IMG/VR virus record: IMGVR_UViG_2795385714_000007
Strand: one strand, 5' to 3'
From: a virus
Taxonomy: Duplodnaviria > Heunggongvirae > Uroviricota > Caudoviricetes
Length of the DNA stretch: 19,855 nt
Under the pieces are notes generated by a model. It was not told where the DNA came from and made no database searches. It saw nothing but the letters and a program-made list of their open reading frames with translations. Below are positions 1-7,154 of the stretch, one piece after another (positions within the stretch are counted from its first letter, which is position 1; each line of letters begins with the position of its first letter). Made by a program: the position numbers and the translations under genes.

Positions 1-210
1 GTGACCGTCACAGAGACTGCGTGTGAAGTAGTGGAGTTGACCTCAGATGAAGGTGCCGAGTTGTTCGACAGCATCGCTCAGAACAACATGGGCATCACAG
101 GGGCGGAGTTTGTGCGACGTTGGAACGCAGGGGAATTTGAAGGGATCAACTGGGACGACGTTCCAGGGCTGACGTCGGTCGCGACGGCGCTGCCTTTCGC
201 AGGCATCTGA
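1..210 (+). CDS. Small acidic protein, putative antitoxin (TumA-like by eye); start may lie upstream of the window
   Basis: 69 aa with 'LFDSIAQNNMGITGAEFVRRWNAGEF', located 17 bp upstream of a toxin-like ORF on the same strand. Confidence 0.5.
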   Translation: MTVTETACEVVELTSDEGAELFDSIAQNNMGITGAEFVRRWNAGEFEGINWDDVPGLTSVATALPFAGI

Positions 211-227
211 GAGACACGTTTGCCAAA

Positions 228-797
228 GTGCCTGGTCGCACCCCTCACGACGCGATCCGTAATTACATAGATCCGCTTCAACAGGCGGTTTCATGTTTAG
301 GGTGCGCCAAGATCCAACTTTCACAAACGCCCAAGAGGTACGGCGAATTCGGAGCATGGATCCTCAACGGGGGCAACGGAATGGTGCTCCGAGGATTCGG
401 TAAGTTCTACGCCACCCAGCGGTTTGAGTTAGTTCCTACGACAGCGGATCTGCACGATGCTCCTGAAAAGGAGCCCTTTCGGGTTTCGACGCGCGAATAT
501 ATCTACCGACTCGAAATTGCTAATGAGAGTCATGTCATCGAATGGCACTGGCACCCGGTAGGGAACAGCGACGAGCGGCGCCCCCACATCCACCCTGCAA
601 TCAACCGGGATGCGCATCTCCCCGGTCCCCGGGTGGTGCTGGAAGACGTAATAGAGGGCTGTATCGCACTAGGCGCGACACCTGCCTGCGAGGACTGGAA
701 AGAGCGGCTAGCCGCCAGCGGTGGCGTCCACAAGCTGTACAGGACATGGGTCCACGAGCCTGGCGATCTAAAGAAGCCTGCAGTAAAAGAGGACTAG
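228..797 (+). CDS. Putative toxin/defence protein with His-rich motifs (DUF6516/TumE-like by eye)
   Basis: 189 aa with 'YIYRLE...IEWHWHP...PHIH...HLPGPRVVLEDVI'. Protein-like composition. The family assignment is tentative. Confidence 0.55.
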   Translation: MPGRTPHDAIRNYIDPLQQAVSCLGCAKIQLSQTPKRYGEFGAWILNGGNGMVLRGFGKFYATQRFELVPTTADLHDAPEKEPFRVSTREYIYRLEIANESHVIEWHWHPVGNSDERRPHIHPAINRDAHLPGPRVVLEDVIEGCIALGATPACEDWKERLAASGGVHKLYRTWVHEPGDLKKPAVKED

Positions 798-1007
798 CTA
801 GCTTTCACGTGGTCCCGAACTTGGGACGCGTGAGCGCCAAGAGCCGCTGAGGCCGCCGGGAGAGGGCCACATCGCACCAGCAGCCGGTTTCACCTTCCGT
901 GGATCGTGTTGGTGGCGAATAAAAAACGGGATTTCAGTGACGGTTGGGTGTTGAAAACAAATTGGGGCAGGGGGGGCGTTTGCCTAAGCCATGAGGGGCG
1001 GGCGCCG

Positions 1008-1037
1008 GACCCCTCGGGTTCACTCCCCCGGGGGGTC
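1008..1037. terminator. GC-rich hairpin spanning the stop codon of the 248-aa gene
   Basis: gacccctcggg (1008-1018) pairs with cccggggggtc (1027-1037) with one imperfect pair. No U-tract. Lies between convergent transcription units. Confidence 0.4.
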
Positions 1038-1766
1038 GTCGTGGAGTGCGGCTTGTCCGAGGCGCTCGACGTAGCCGCTGACGGTGGGCAGCACTGGCCG
1101 AAATCCGCAGCGGGCCACGTGCCAGGCGTCGCGCAGATCAGACTTGTTCTTGGCGCGGGCGGCGACGATGCGTGCAGCGGAGGCATCGCCGTTAGGGATC
1201 AACGTGTGGGCGCGGTCGCCACCGATCCCGGCAGATTGCAGCAGCGCGCCGAGTCCTTCGACGGCGTAGCCGAATCGTTCGCGCGCCACGAGGGCTTCGG
1301 ACCATGCGATGACGGCTTTCGGTCCGGCCTTGGTGATCGTCGGCCCGTCGTTGAGGTCATCGGTCGGGATCACTTCAGCGGCAGCTTCAAGCGAATTAGC
1401 GTATGGTTCAAGGGATTTAGACCACTGGGCCAATATGGTGTCGGCGTGAGCGTTGAGCGCCTCACCGATCGTGCGCCCCTCCTCGTCCTTGGCGGCGCGG
1501 TCTAGGCCGAGCTGCGCAAGCATGTGGTCAAGAAGGTGGCCGGTTACCACAGGGTCAGCGTGGTAATCCTGGTCCTTCTTCATGCAGCTGAGCACGGAGT
1601 ACCTGAGGGCGTCCGCGCTGCCAGCACCGATCTGCGCCTTCTCGACCAACGCTCGGGCCGAGGCCACAGCCTCTACGAATGGATCGGGCAGCGGAATTTC
1701 AAGGCGTTCGGCGGCGCGTTGCACCTGGACGAGGTAGGAACGGGTTGTGGCGGTGTAGACGGACAT
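1020..1766 (-). CDS. Hypothetical, probably alpha-helical protein; last gene of the divergent operon
   Basis: 248-aa ORF with an AGGAG Shine-Dalgarno (taggagacaaacacATG) directly after the upstream gene's stop. Confidence 0.75.
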   Translation of the reverse strand: MSVYTATTRSYLVQVQRAAERLEIPLPDPFVEAVASARALVEKAQIGAGSADALRYSVLSCMKKDQDYHADPVVTGHLLDHMLAQLGLDRAAKDEEGRTIGEALNAHADTILAQWSKSLEPYANSLEAAAEVIPTDDLNDGPTITKAGPKAVIAWSEALVARERFGYAVEGLGALLQSAGIGGDRAHTLIPNGDASAARIVAARAKNKSDLRDAWHVARCGFRPVLPTVSGYVERLGQAALHDDPPGE

Positions 1767-1777
1767 GTGTTTGTCTC

Positions 1778-2077
1778 CTAGTAGTTTTCGTTGAAAGCGA
1801 TTTCGCCGGTTAGGGCTTCGCGCAGGAAGTTGATTTCGACTTGACGCGGGTGTTTCCGGGGCCGGTGATTGTTGCCCTCGCCCGGTACGTAGTTGGACGA
1901 TTCAGGCTGCGGTGCGGGAGGAGTGCCGAGGCGTTCGTAAAGACGCTTAAGGTCCTCGGAATCGGCACTGTCCGTTGCGGTCTCGTCGCCACGCAGTCGC
2001 CGTAGCAGATCGGTGGCAGGGGCTTCGGTGTCACTGTTGAGCTGCTGTAGCACCTGCTTCCAGTCGGGTTTATCCAT
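1778..2077 (-). CDS. Hypothetical protein (99 aa, MDKPDW...)
   Basis: The ATG at 2077 overlaps the end of the HTH gene (stop 2070-2072). The longer 1778..2257 ORF would overlap that gene extensively. Confidence 0.65.
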   Translation of the reverse strand: MDKPDWKQVLQQLNSDTEAPATDLLRRLRGDETATDSADSEDLKRLYERLGTPPAPQPESSNYVPGEGNNHRPRKHPRQVEINFLREALTGEIAFNENY

Positions 2078-2432
2078 GTGGTTCTTGCCTTTCGTCGAAG
2101 ATCCAGCGCCCGCCGACTTTGCGTTGCCCGGATTTGAGTGCGTGGCGGCGGATGGTGCGGGGCGAAACTCCAAGGCGCTCAGCCCTTTGTTGCACTGTCT
2201 CCAATTCTGCTCCCGCCGTTTCGGGGTGTCCAGAAACCTGTCCGCTATCGGACACACTGCGCTGCAACGCTTCCCATGTTCGATGCAAGGCCGGTGGGAT
2301 CGGGGTGCCTTGGCGGCGACGGCGCGCTAGTTCCTCCCCGAGCACCCATGCGGCGGTGCGAAGATCCCGCACGCTGACCACGCGGTGCTCTCCCGTGGCG
2401 CATTGGGTGCAAGGCTGCGCTGTCGTGCTCAT
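2070..2432 (-). CDS. HTH DNA-binding protein (C-terminal excisionase/MerR-like HTH), 120 aa
   Basis: ATG at 2432 overlaps the whiB stop (ATGA). C-terminus 'ETVQQRAERLGVSPRTIRRH...RKVGGRWIF'. Confidence 0.75.
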   Translation of the reverse strand: MSTTAQPCTQCATGEHRVVSVRDLRTAAWVLGEELARRRRQGTPIPPALHRTWEALQRSVSDSGQVSGHPETAGAELETVQQRAERLGVSPRTIRRHALKSGQRKVGGRWIFDERQEPHG

Positions 2433-2752
2433 GCCGCCCCCGTCGCCTCGTCCTGGCCGTCTTTGGTGGTGATTTCCTGCTTCTTTCGCGGCGGGTACGA
2501 GTTGACCACCACGGCGGCGGTAACCCCGAGCGGCCGCTGCTCGTGCGGCAGGGAATCGAACCACTCCCGGCACGAGGCCAGCGCAGGGCATTGGCGGCAT
2601 ATCCGCGTCGCTGCCTGGCGGGCGTAGTCGCGCTCGTCCAGGGCGCCTCGGCCATCGCCGATAGCGGCGTCGAACAACTCGTGCCGTCCCCGGCAGCGCG
2701 CCCCAGGCAGTACAGGCGTGGCTAGTTCGGCCAGCAGCGTGTCCCAGTTCAC
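2429..2752 (-). CDS. whiB: WhiB-family Fe-S transcription regulator (phage type)
   Basis: GTG at 2752 overlaps the upstream stop (GTGA) and has a GGAGG SD. Four Cys arranged C...CxxC-x5-C ('ARCRG...ICRQCPALASC'). The GVWGG turn is replaced by GVTAA. Confidence 0.8.
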   Translation of the reverse strand: MNWDTLLAELATPVLPGARCRGRHELFDAAIGDGRGALDERDYARQAATRICRQCPALASCREWFDSLPHEQRPLGVTAAVVVNSYPPRKKQEITTKDGQDEATGAA

Positions 2753-2955
2753 CGCGCCCCCTCCTGGTCCTGAGCATCTGTTTCGTTGAGTGCTTGTGCG
2801 GCAGCCCAATTGCCGTGTCGTGGGCAGTCGGTGAGGTTGTCCAGGCGCCCGTAGTCGTCACAGTGTGGGCAGTTGCGTATCTGCCGGATCGCTTCGCGGC
2901 GGGTGTTGGCGCGCTCGCGTGTCTTGCGGCAGTGTGCGCAGTAGCGGCAGGACAT
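2749..2955 (-). CDS. Small Cys/His (zinc-binding-like) protein, paralog of the Rep C-terminal domain
   Basis: 68 aa with CxxC...CxxCDDxGR...CPRH. Start overlaps the rep stop (TGATG). Confidence 0.7.
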   Translation of the reverse strand: MSCRYCAHCRKTRERANTRREAIRQIRNCPHCDDYGRLDNLTDCPRHGNWAAAQALNETDAQDQEGAR

Positions 2956-3749
2956 CAGGCGGTTCTCCCTCCCTGGGCTTGCGCCCAGCTGACGTGACGC
3001 GGGCAGGGCTTGAGTCCGTCATCGACTTCGATCCGGCCCAAGTCGTCGCAATCCGGGCAGTCCCGAATCACCTGCACGGCTGCGCGTTTGCGTTCGGCCT
3101 CCGACGCCGTGGCAGCCTTGCGCAGCGCTGCGCAGTCGCGGCAGCTCTCACCCACCCAGGCATCAGGTGCGATGTGCGCGTGCTTGGCGCAACGCGTCCC
3201 CGTCTCATTGCCGTTAGCTGATTGCCGCCCTCGGCTGGCGGGGGTGATCGCGTAGGCGTCCGGGTCGTCAAGTTCCGTACCCCCATAACGCAACCCCCTC
3301 TTTTGATGTGGTCCTGATGTGGTGGGGGGCACCGCCGTGCGGGTCAAAGAGGCACCGCCGTACGGGCTATCGGACCGTTGACCCGCACCGCTGTGCGGGC
3401 TTTGGCTGTTTTGACCCGCACGGCCATGCGGGGTATCACCGTTTTGACCCGCACCGCCATGCGGGGTATTTGCGATCGGAACCAGCCGATACACGGCGGC
3501 ATGACGCTTGAATCCGTTTGCTGTGCGCTGGATGAGCCCCAGCTCGCGGCCTCGCTTGAGCGCCGTTTCCACAGCCCGTTCGGTGAGCCCGCATTTCCGC
3601 ATGAGCCCTTCTATTCCAGGCCGCGCGTTGGTGCCGTCCGCGTAGTCGGCGAACGTCTCAAGCGCCAGGAGAACTATCCGCTGGGCCAACGTCAGGGCCT
3701 TGGCCCCGAGAACATAATCGCGCCAGTCACGGCGCTGCTCTGGCGTCAC
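2955..3749 (-). CDS. Replication initiator: N-terminal winged-HTH, repeat linker, C-terminal Cys/His domain
   Basis: 'LTLAQRIVLLALETFAD...ARPGIEGLMRKCGLTERAVETALKRGRELGLI' is typical of phage/plasmid initiator wHTH domains. Internal DNA repeats sit where lambda-O-type iterons occur. Confidence 0.75.
   Translation of the reverse strand: MTPEQRRDWRDYVLGAKALTLAQRIVLLALETFADYADGTNARPGIEGLMRKCGLTERAVETALKRGRELGLIQRTANGFKRHAAVYRLVPIANTPHGGAGQNGDTPHGRAGQNSQSPHSGAGQRSDSPYGGASLTRTAVPPTTSGPHQKRGLRYGGTELDDPDAYAITPASRGRQSANGNETGTRCAKHAHIAPDAWVGESCRDCAALRKAATASEAERKRAAVQVIRDCPDCDDLGRIEVDDGLKPCPRHVSWAQAQGGRTA
3325..3469. repeat. Iteron array / putative origin of replication inside rep
   Basis: TTGACCCGCA-N6-TGCGGG at 3378, 3411 and 3444 (33-bp period), a degenerate copy near 3349 and an inverted half-copy tgcgggtcaaa at 3338-3348. 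Confidence 0.8.
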
Positions 3750-3964
3750 GGTAAGCCGCCCTGTGCGTCAGCAGGCAATGCACGGCTTCGGCTAGCGCGC
3801 ACGCTGGCGTGCAACTGGGCCGCGCGATGCACGTCGCAGCGCACAACAGGGCGCACACCATCACGCACCGTGACGCACAACTCGTGCACTCCCCCAGGCC
3901 CATCGGGCAGCCGACCAACAAGCCCGCCGCCCAATGGTGCCCGTGCGCACTCACGCAGAGGCAT
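3746..3964 (-). CDS. Hypothetical protein
   Basis: 72 aa. Stop overlaps the rep GTG (GTGA) and it fills the operon gap. No recognisable motif. Confidence 0.4.
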   Translation of the reverse strand: MPLRECARAPLGGGLVGRLPDGPGGVHELCVTVRDGVRPVVRCDVHRAAQLHASVRASRSRALPADAQGGLP

Positions 3965-4000
3965 CGCGCTCCACCGCGTGATGAGTGCAATCTGTTCCGA

Positions 4001-4498
4001 TCACAAGGACTCCACGACCTCAGCGGCGGCGCGCAGCGCATCAGTCAGGCGTCGCGCCGCGCTCGCTTCCATCCAGTCCTCGACACCATTGACCCAACGC
4101 ACGCCCCACTCAACCGAACCATCTGCGGCCTGCTGGGTGCCCTCTATGAGCACATGCCCCAAGCCCTCGCCCACCTCGAACCGGGCGCCCTCTAGCCTGC
4201 GCCCCCAGTCCGGCGATTCCTTAGAGCCCATGTTCATCCACTGGTCAGCATGTGAGGCTTGAGCTGGGATCGGCACATGCGCGAACCGGATACCAGCTTG
4301 ATGCGTCTCGATATCGAGGGTGATCTTGAAAAGGAGACTCAACGCTGCGTTGTCGGCCTGACTCGTGGCCCGCCATGGCGTGACCCCAGCCGCCGCCAAC
4401 TCCTCGGCGCGCTCCAACTGCGCTACCCAGTCAGCCGGTAGTCGATCAACCAAGTCACGCCATGTCCGGGTGTCGTCGCCAAATTCGATCTGTACCAT
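4001..4498 (-). CDS. Hypothetical protein
   Basis: 165-aa ORF, co-directional with the operon, purine-rich SD region (agaaagtaggt). Confidence 0.65.
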   Translation of the reverse strand: MVQIEFGDDTRTWRDLVDRLPADWVAQLERAEELAAAGVTPWRATSQADNAALSLLFKITLDIETHQAGIRFAHVPIPAQASHADQWMNMGSKESPDWGRRLEGARFEVGEGLGHVLIEGTQQAADGSVEWGVRWVNGVEDWMEASAARRLTDALRAAAEVVESL

Positions 4499-4503
4499 GA
4501 GAT

Positions 4504-4797
4504 TTACCTACTTTCTGTTGATGGTTGGTTGCAGCGGCTCCCGCCCGACGTTGCCGCGTCGGGGACTACGGGGGCCGTTGGCATAGCCGAACTTGTGCCG
4601 ACGAGCTGAACTTGTGCGCGATATTCGCGCTTGGCCCCGTCAGCGTCGGTCACGGTCACCGTGATCACATCGCCCTCGGCCTCCACGCTGGCCGTGGAAT
4701 TCGGAACCACCTTGCCATCCCGAATAATGCATGGCGACAAGGGAACCCACGGCTCTTGCGCTAGCCGCGCCGCGATCCTGTACGCCTCGATACTCAC
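4504..4797 (-). CDS. Hypothetical protein
   Basis: GTG start overlaps the xis stop (GTGA), 97 aa. Confidence 0.55.
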   Translation of the reverse strand: MSIEAYRIAARLAQEPWVPLSPCIIRDGKVVPNSTASVEAEGDVITVTVTDADGAKREYRAQVQLVGTSSAMPTAPVVPDAATSGGSRCNQPSTESR

Positions 4798-4961
4798 GCC
4801 GCGCCTTCAAGCTTGGCGATGTACTCGTTGATCTGCCTGTCAGTGCTGAATCGGCGCTTACCAATCCTCACGCTGGCGAGGGCACCAGAGTGCCAGAGCT
4901 GGAACACCAGCGTTCTGCTGATACCTCCGAGCTTTGCCCCCACTGCCTTGTGGTCGTGCAT
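4794..4961 (-). CDS. xis: Excisionase/AlpA-like HTH protein (55 aa, below the ORF-track cutoff)
   Basis: Hand translation: MHDHKAVGAKLGGISRTLVFQLWHSGALASVRIGKRRFSTDRQINEYIAKLEGAA. Strong SD (GGAGGAGG). First gene divergent from the repressor. Confidence 0.8.
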   Translation of the reverse strand: MHDHKAVGAKLGGISRTLVFQLWHSGALASVRIGKRRFSTDRQINEYIAKLEGAA

Positions 4962-4989
4962 TGCGTCCTCCTCCGTTCATGGCTGCTTG

Positions 4990-5005
4990 TGCGTTCAAAC
5001 ACGCA
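4990..5005. promoter_or_regulatory. Putative repressor operator TGCGT-N6-ACGCA (copy 1)
   Basis: tgcgttcaaacacgca, 28 bp upstream of the xis start. Confidence 0.5.
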
Positions 5006-5075
5006 GACATCCGATAAGTTGCGTTTCTGCGACTCAATAGATACCAGGCGGATGGCAATGAACGCAAGCAGTGCA

Positions 5076-5096
5076 TATCCTGCGTGTCATGACGCA
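5076..5096 (+). promoter_or_regulatory. -10 box of a leaderless repressor transcript plus operator copy 2
   Basis: TATCCT (5076-5081) ends 7 nt before ATG 5089. tgcgtgtcatgacgca (5081-5096) covers the start codon. Confidence 0.5.
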
Positions 5097-5664
5097 ATCA
5101 GGGCCGAAAAGGCCGAGTTGGACGGAACGGCCGCCCGACAGCTGGGCGGAACGTGAAGCGCATAGATTGGCGCGCGAGGTTTACCGGCTTCGCGGAAAGA
5201 GGTCAGCGCAGTGGCTTGCGGCTCGGACCAAGGAACTCGGCCACGAAGTATCCCGTTCGGTGATTTCCGATTTGGAGAATGGGCGACGTAGGTATGTCAC
5301 GACCGCTGAGCTAGTAATACTCGCTGCCGCACTCGATACGTCCCCAGTAACGCTGATGTACCCCGGCCCGTATTCCGATTCGGTGGAATTTCTACCTGAA
5401 CGAGAAGTTCCGGAATTCGATGCAGCGCAGTGGTTTTCGGCAAACGGGTGGTCGCAAGAGCTAGCGAGTGCGTTCGACGGCGATTTCGGATTTGCTTGGC
5501 GCACAGATCAGCTTCGCCAATGGCGACGCCTGGCGGAATTGGAAGATGCCCGCGCCCGCGTGACGGCGCGAGCCGAACTTGACCGTGACCGCGATCAAAT
5601 CGAAATGTACGACAGAATGATTCGCGAATTGTGGCAACAAATCGAGGGTAACGAGGATGCCTAG
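5089..5664 (+). CDS. XRE-family HTH repressor
   Basis: 'SAQWLAARTKELGHEVSRSVISDLENGRRRYVTTAELVILAAALDTSPVTL'. Overlaps the integrase start and is divergent from xis. ATG at 5089 preferred over 5071. Confidence 0.85.
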   Translation: MTQSGPKRPSWTERPPDSWAEREAHRLAREVYRLRGKRSAQWLAARTKELGHEVSRSVISDLENGRRRYVTTAELVILAAALDTSPVTLMYPGPYSDSVEFLPEREVPEFDAAQWFSANGWSQELASAFDGDFGFAWRTDQLRQWRRLAELEDARARVTARAELDRDRDQIEMYDRMIRELWQQIEGNEDA

Positions 5665-6820
5665 GCAGCGGCTCGCTCCGGGGGAGCACGGCAAGATCAC
5701 CGAACGGGTAAGTGGTCGAATGTTTTTCGCTTCTACCTACGTGCGTGACTCTGATGGCAAGCGGCGACGAGTAGAGCGGTCCAGCGAGAAATCTGCCGAG
5801 GATGCGCGGCGCGCGCTCCAGCGGCACTTGAACGCCCGACGCGCGCCGCTCTCCGGGCAACTGGTGACAGAAAAAACCGCCCTCACTGACTTGTTCGATC
5901 TGTGGATCGAAGCAAAGGCAGCCGAGGACGGCGTTCTACAGCAGACGGTAGACCAGTATCGGGCGGTATGGAAAACCCATGGCGCCGCCCAGTTGGGCTC
6001 CCTAAGGGTCACGGAGTTACGCACCCAATCGGCGCACAACTATCTACAGGGGATGGGGGCAACGACTCAGGCCAAGCGGCTGCGCACGGTGCTGTCGGGA
6101 ATGTTCTCGATGGCCGTTAGATTCGATGTCCTACCGGTGAACCCGATCCGCGAGGCGAAGCCGGTCAAAACGACGCGTAAGCCAGCTCGCGCGGCTACAG
6201 CAGCTGAGTTCCGGCAGATCCGGGCTGCCGTCCAGGCGTACTCGACTCGGAAAGGTTCCGGGCCGCGTCCTGGCCGACTTCTCGCCGCATTCATTGACGT
6301 GTTGGTGGCGACAGGTTGCCGACCCAGCGAAGTACTAGCTACGAGGTGGTCTGATGTTGACCTGTTGGCGGACCCACCTACCCTGACGATTACCGGGACG
6401 TTGATCGACCACGGGCGCATCGTGGGTAAGCCACTGCACCGGCAGGACCACCGCAAGCACCATGCTCCCCCGCACACCGTTGTTCTACCCAAGTTTGGTG
6501 TTGAGACCCTCACGGAGCTTGTCGGAGAGTCCGGTATGGAAGGCCCAGTGTTCGCCAATCGTCAGGGCGGCTGGATGTCCCTAGCCAACATGCGTCGGGC
6601 TCTGCGTGCAGCTCTGCCGGATGAACTGAGCTGGGTCACGCCGCACTCGTTCAGACGCACGGTCGCCACCGTTGTCCGTGATGCTCACGGCCCTGATAAG
6701 GCGCAGCAGCAGCTCTCCCATTCCAAGTTGGCCACCACCGAGGCGCATTACTTAGAGCGCCAGACCCGAGGCCCCGATGTCCGAGCGGCTTTGGAGCAGT
6801 TCGCTGAAAGTGGCGGCTAA
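5657..6820 (+). CDS. int: Tyrosine integrase with N-terminal arm-binding domain
   Basis: Catalytic motifs TGCRPSE (R), PHSFRR (HxxR), LSHS (H), EAHY (Y). 387 aa, ending 67 bp from the att core. Confidence 0.95.
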   Translation: MPRQRLAPGEHGKITERVSGRMFFASTYVRDSDGKRRRVERSSEKSAEDARRALQRHLNARRAPLSGQLVTEKTALTDLFDLWIEAKAAEDGVLQQTVDQYRAVWKTHGAAQLGSLRVTELRTQSAHNYLQGMGATTQAKRLRTVLSGMFSMAVRFDVLPVNPIREAKPVKTTRKPARAATAAEFRQIRAAVQAYSTRKGSGPRPGRLLAAFIDVLVATGCRPSEVLATRWSDVDLLADPPTLTITGTLIDHGRIVGKPLHRQDHRKHHAPPHTVVLPKFGVETLTELVGESGMEGPVFANRQGGWMSLANMRRALRAALPDELSWVTPHSFRRTVATVVRDAHGPDKAQQQLSHSKLATTEAHYLERQTRGPDVRAALEQFAESGG

Positions 6821-6840
6821 AAGTGGAGGGAAAGTATCAG
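6807..6840 (+). repeat. Putative integrase arm-type binding sites
   Basis: Three direct 10-mers between the int 3' end and the core: aaagtggcgg (6807), aaagtggagg (6820), aaagtatcag (6831). Confidence 0.5.
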
Positions 6841-6887
6841 ATTCCGGGCGTGTCACGCACTCCGTAACGCGTATTTGCACTGATAGA

Positions 6888-6924
6888 TGGTGCGCCCGAA
6901 GGGATTCGAACCCCTAACCTTCTG
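6888..6924 (-). other. att core: 3' half of a tRNA (Arg-ACG-like) including CCA
   Basis: Minus strand reads CAGAAGGTTAGGGGTTCGAATCCCTTCGGGCGCACCA (T-loop GTTCGAATC, CCA end). Similarity decays in the anticodon arm and there is no 5' half. Confidence 0.9.
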
Positions 6925-7154
6925 GTCAGTAGTTCGAAACCCGTTGACCTGCATCGACACCGAGCCTACAGACCTAGCGGAGCGTCGTAGCAGGCGACGC
7001 GCGCCTCTGCCCGACACTGCGGCCGCTTAGTGCCGGAAATGTGGTTAACGATGTTTGCCAAATTCGCCTGCCAGGTGATCCGAACTTGCAGTTTGATAAC
7101 AAACCCCTTGGAAGTATCTGTGGATTTTCAACTTGGATTTACGGTTCCGCTCTA

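Larger units (their letters stand above)
1..6924. mobile_element. Phage satellite / PICI-like integrative element (left end outside window)
   Basis: Order att-int-repressor, then divergent xis-...-rep(ori)-whiB-HTH-unknowns, then oppositely oriented cargo. The divergent operon is only about 4 kb and has no structural genes in the window. It could instead be the early region of the adjacent phage. Confidence 0.62.

Noticed and set aside
906-1505. 199-aa plus-strand ORF
   Set aside because: Antisense shadow of the 248-aa gene that also runs through the non-coding tract region. No motif.
2070-2861. 263-aa ORF from the track
   Set aside because: The N-terminal part is an Arg-rich off-frame reading of whiB and its upstream gene. 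Only the last 120 aa (from ATG 2432) look like a real protein.
3378-3469. CRISPR-like array
   Set aside because: The units are adjacent with only about 11-bp gaps, in frame within a coding gene, and there are no cas genes. Iterons explain them better.
3378-4262. 294-aa plus-strand ORF with TRTAMRG repeats
   Set aside because: Antisense to rep and upstream genes. The repeats are just the iterons read on the other strand.
4589-4617. Direct repeat gaacttgtgc x2
   Set aside because: Two 10-mers inside a coding region with no other support. Compatible with chance.
6888-6960. Intact tRNA gene
   Set aside because: Only the 3' half matches. The anticodon arm is altered and no D-arm or 5' acceptor strand is recognisable, so it is treated as an att core.
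7085-7135. dif-like site for the Xer-sized recombinase (gtttg-ataa-caaac dyad)
   Set aside because: Arms and spacer are too short for a tyrosine-recombinase core, and no second copy was seen.
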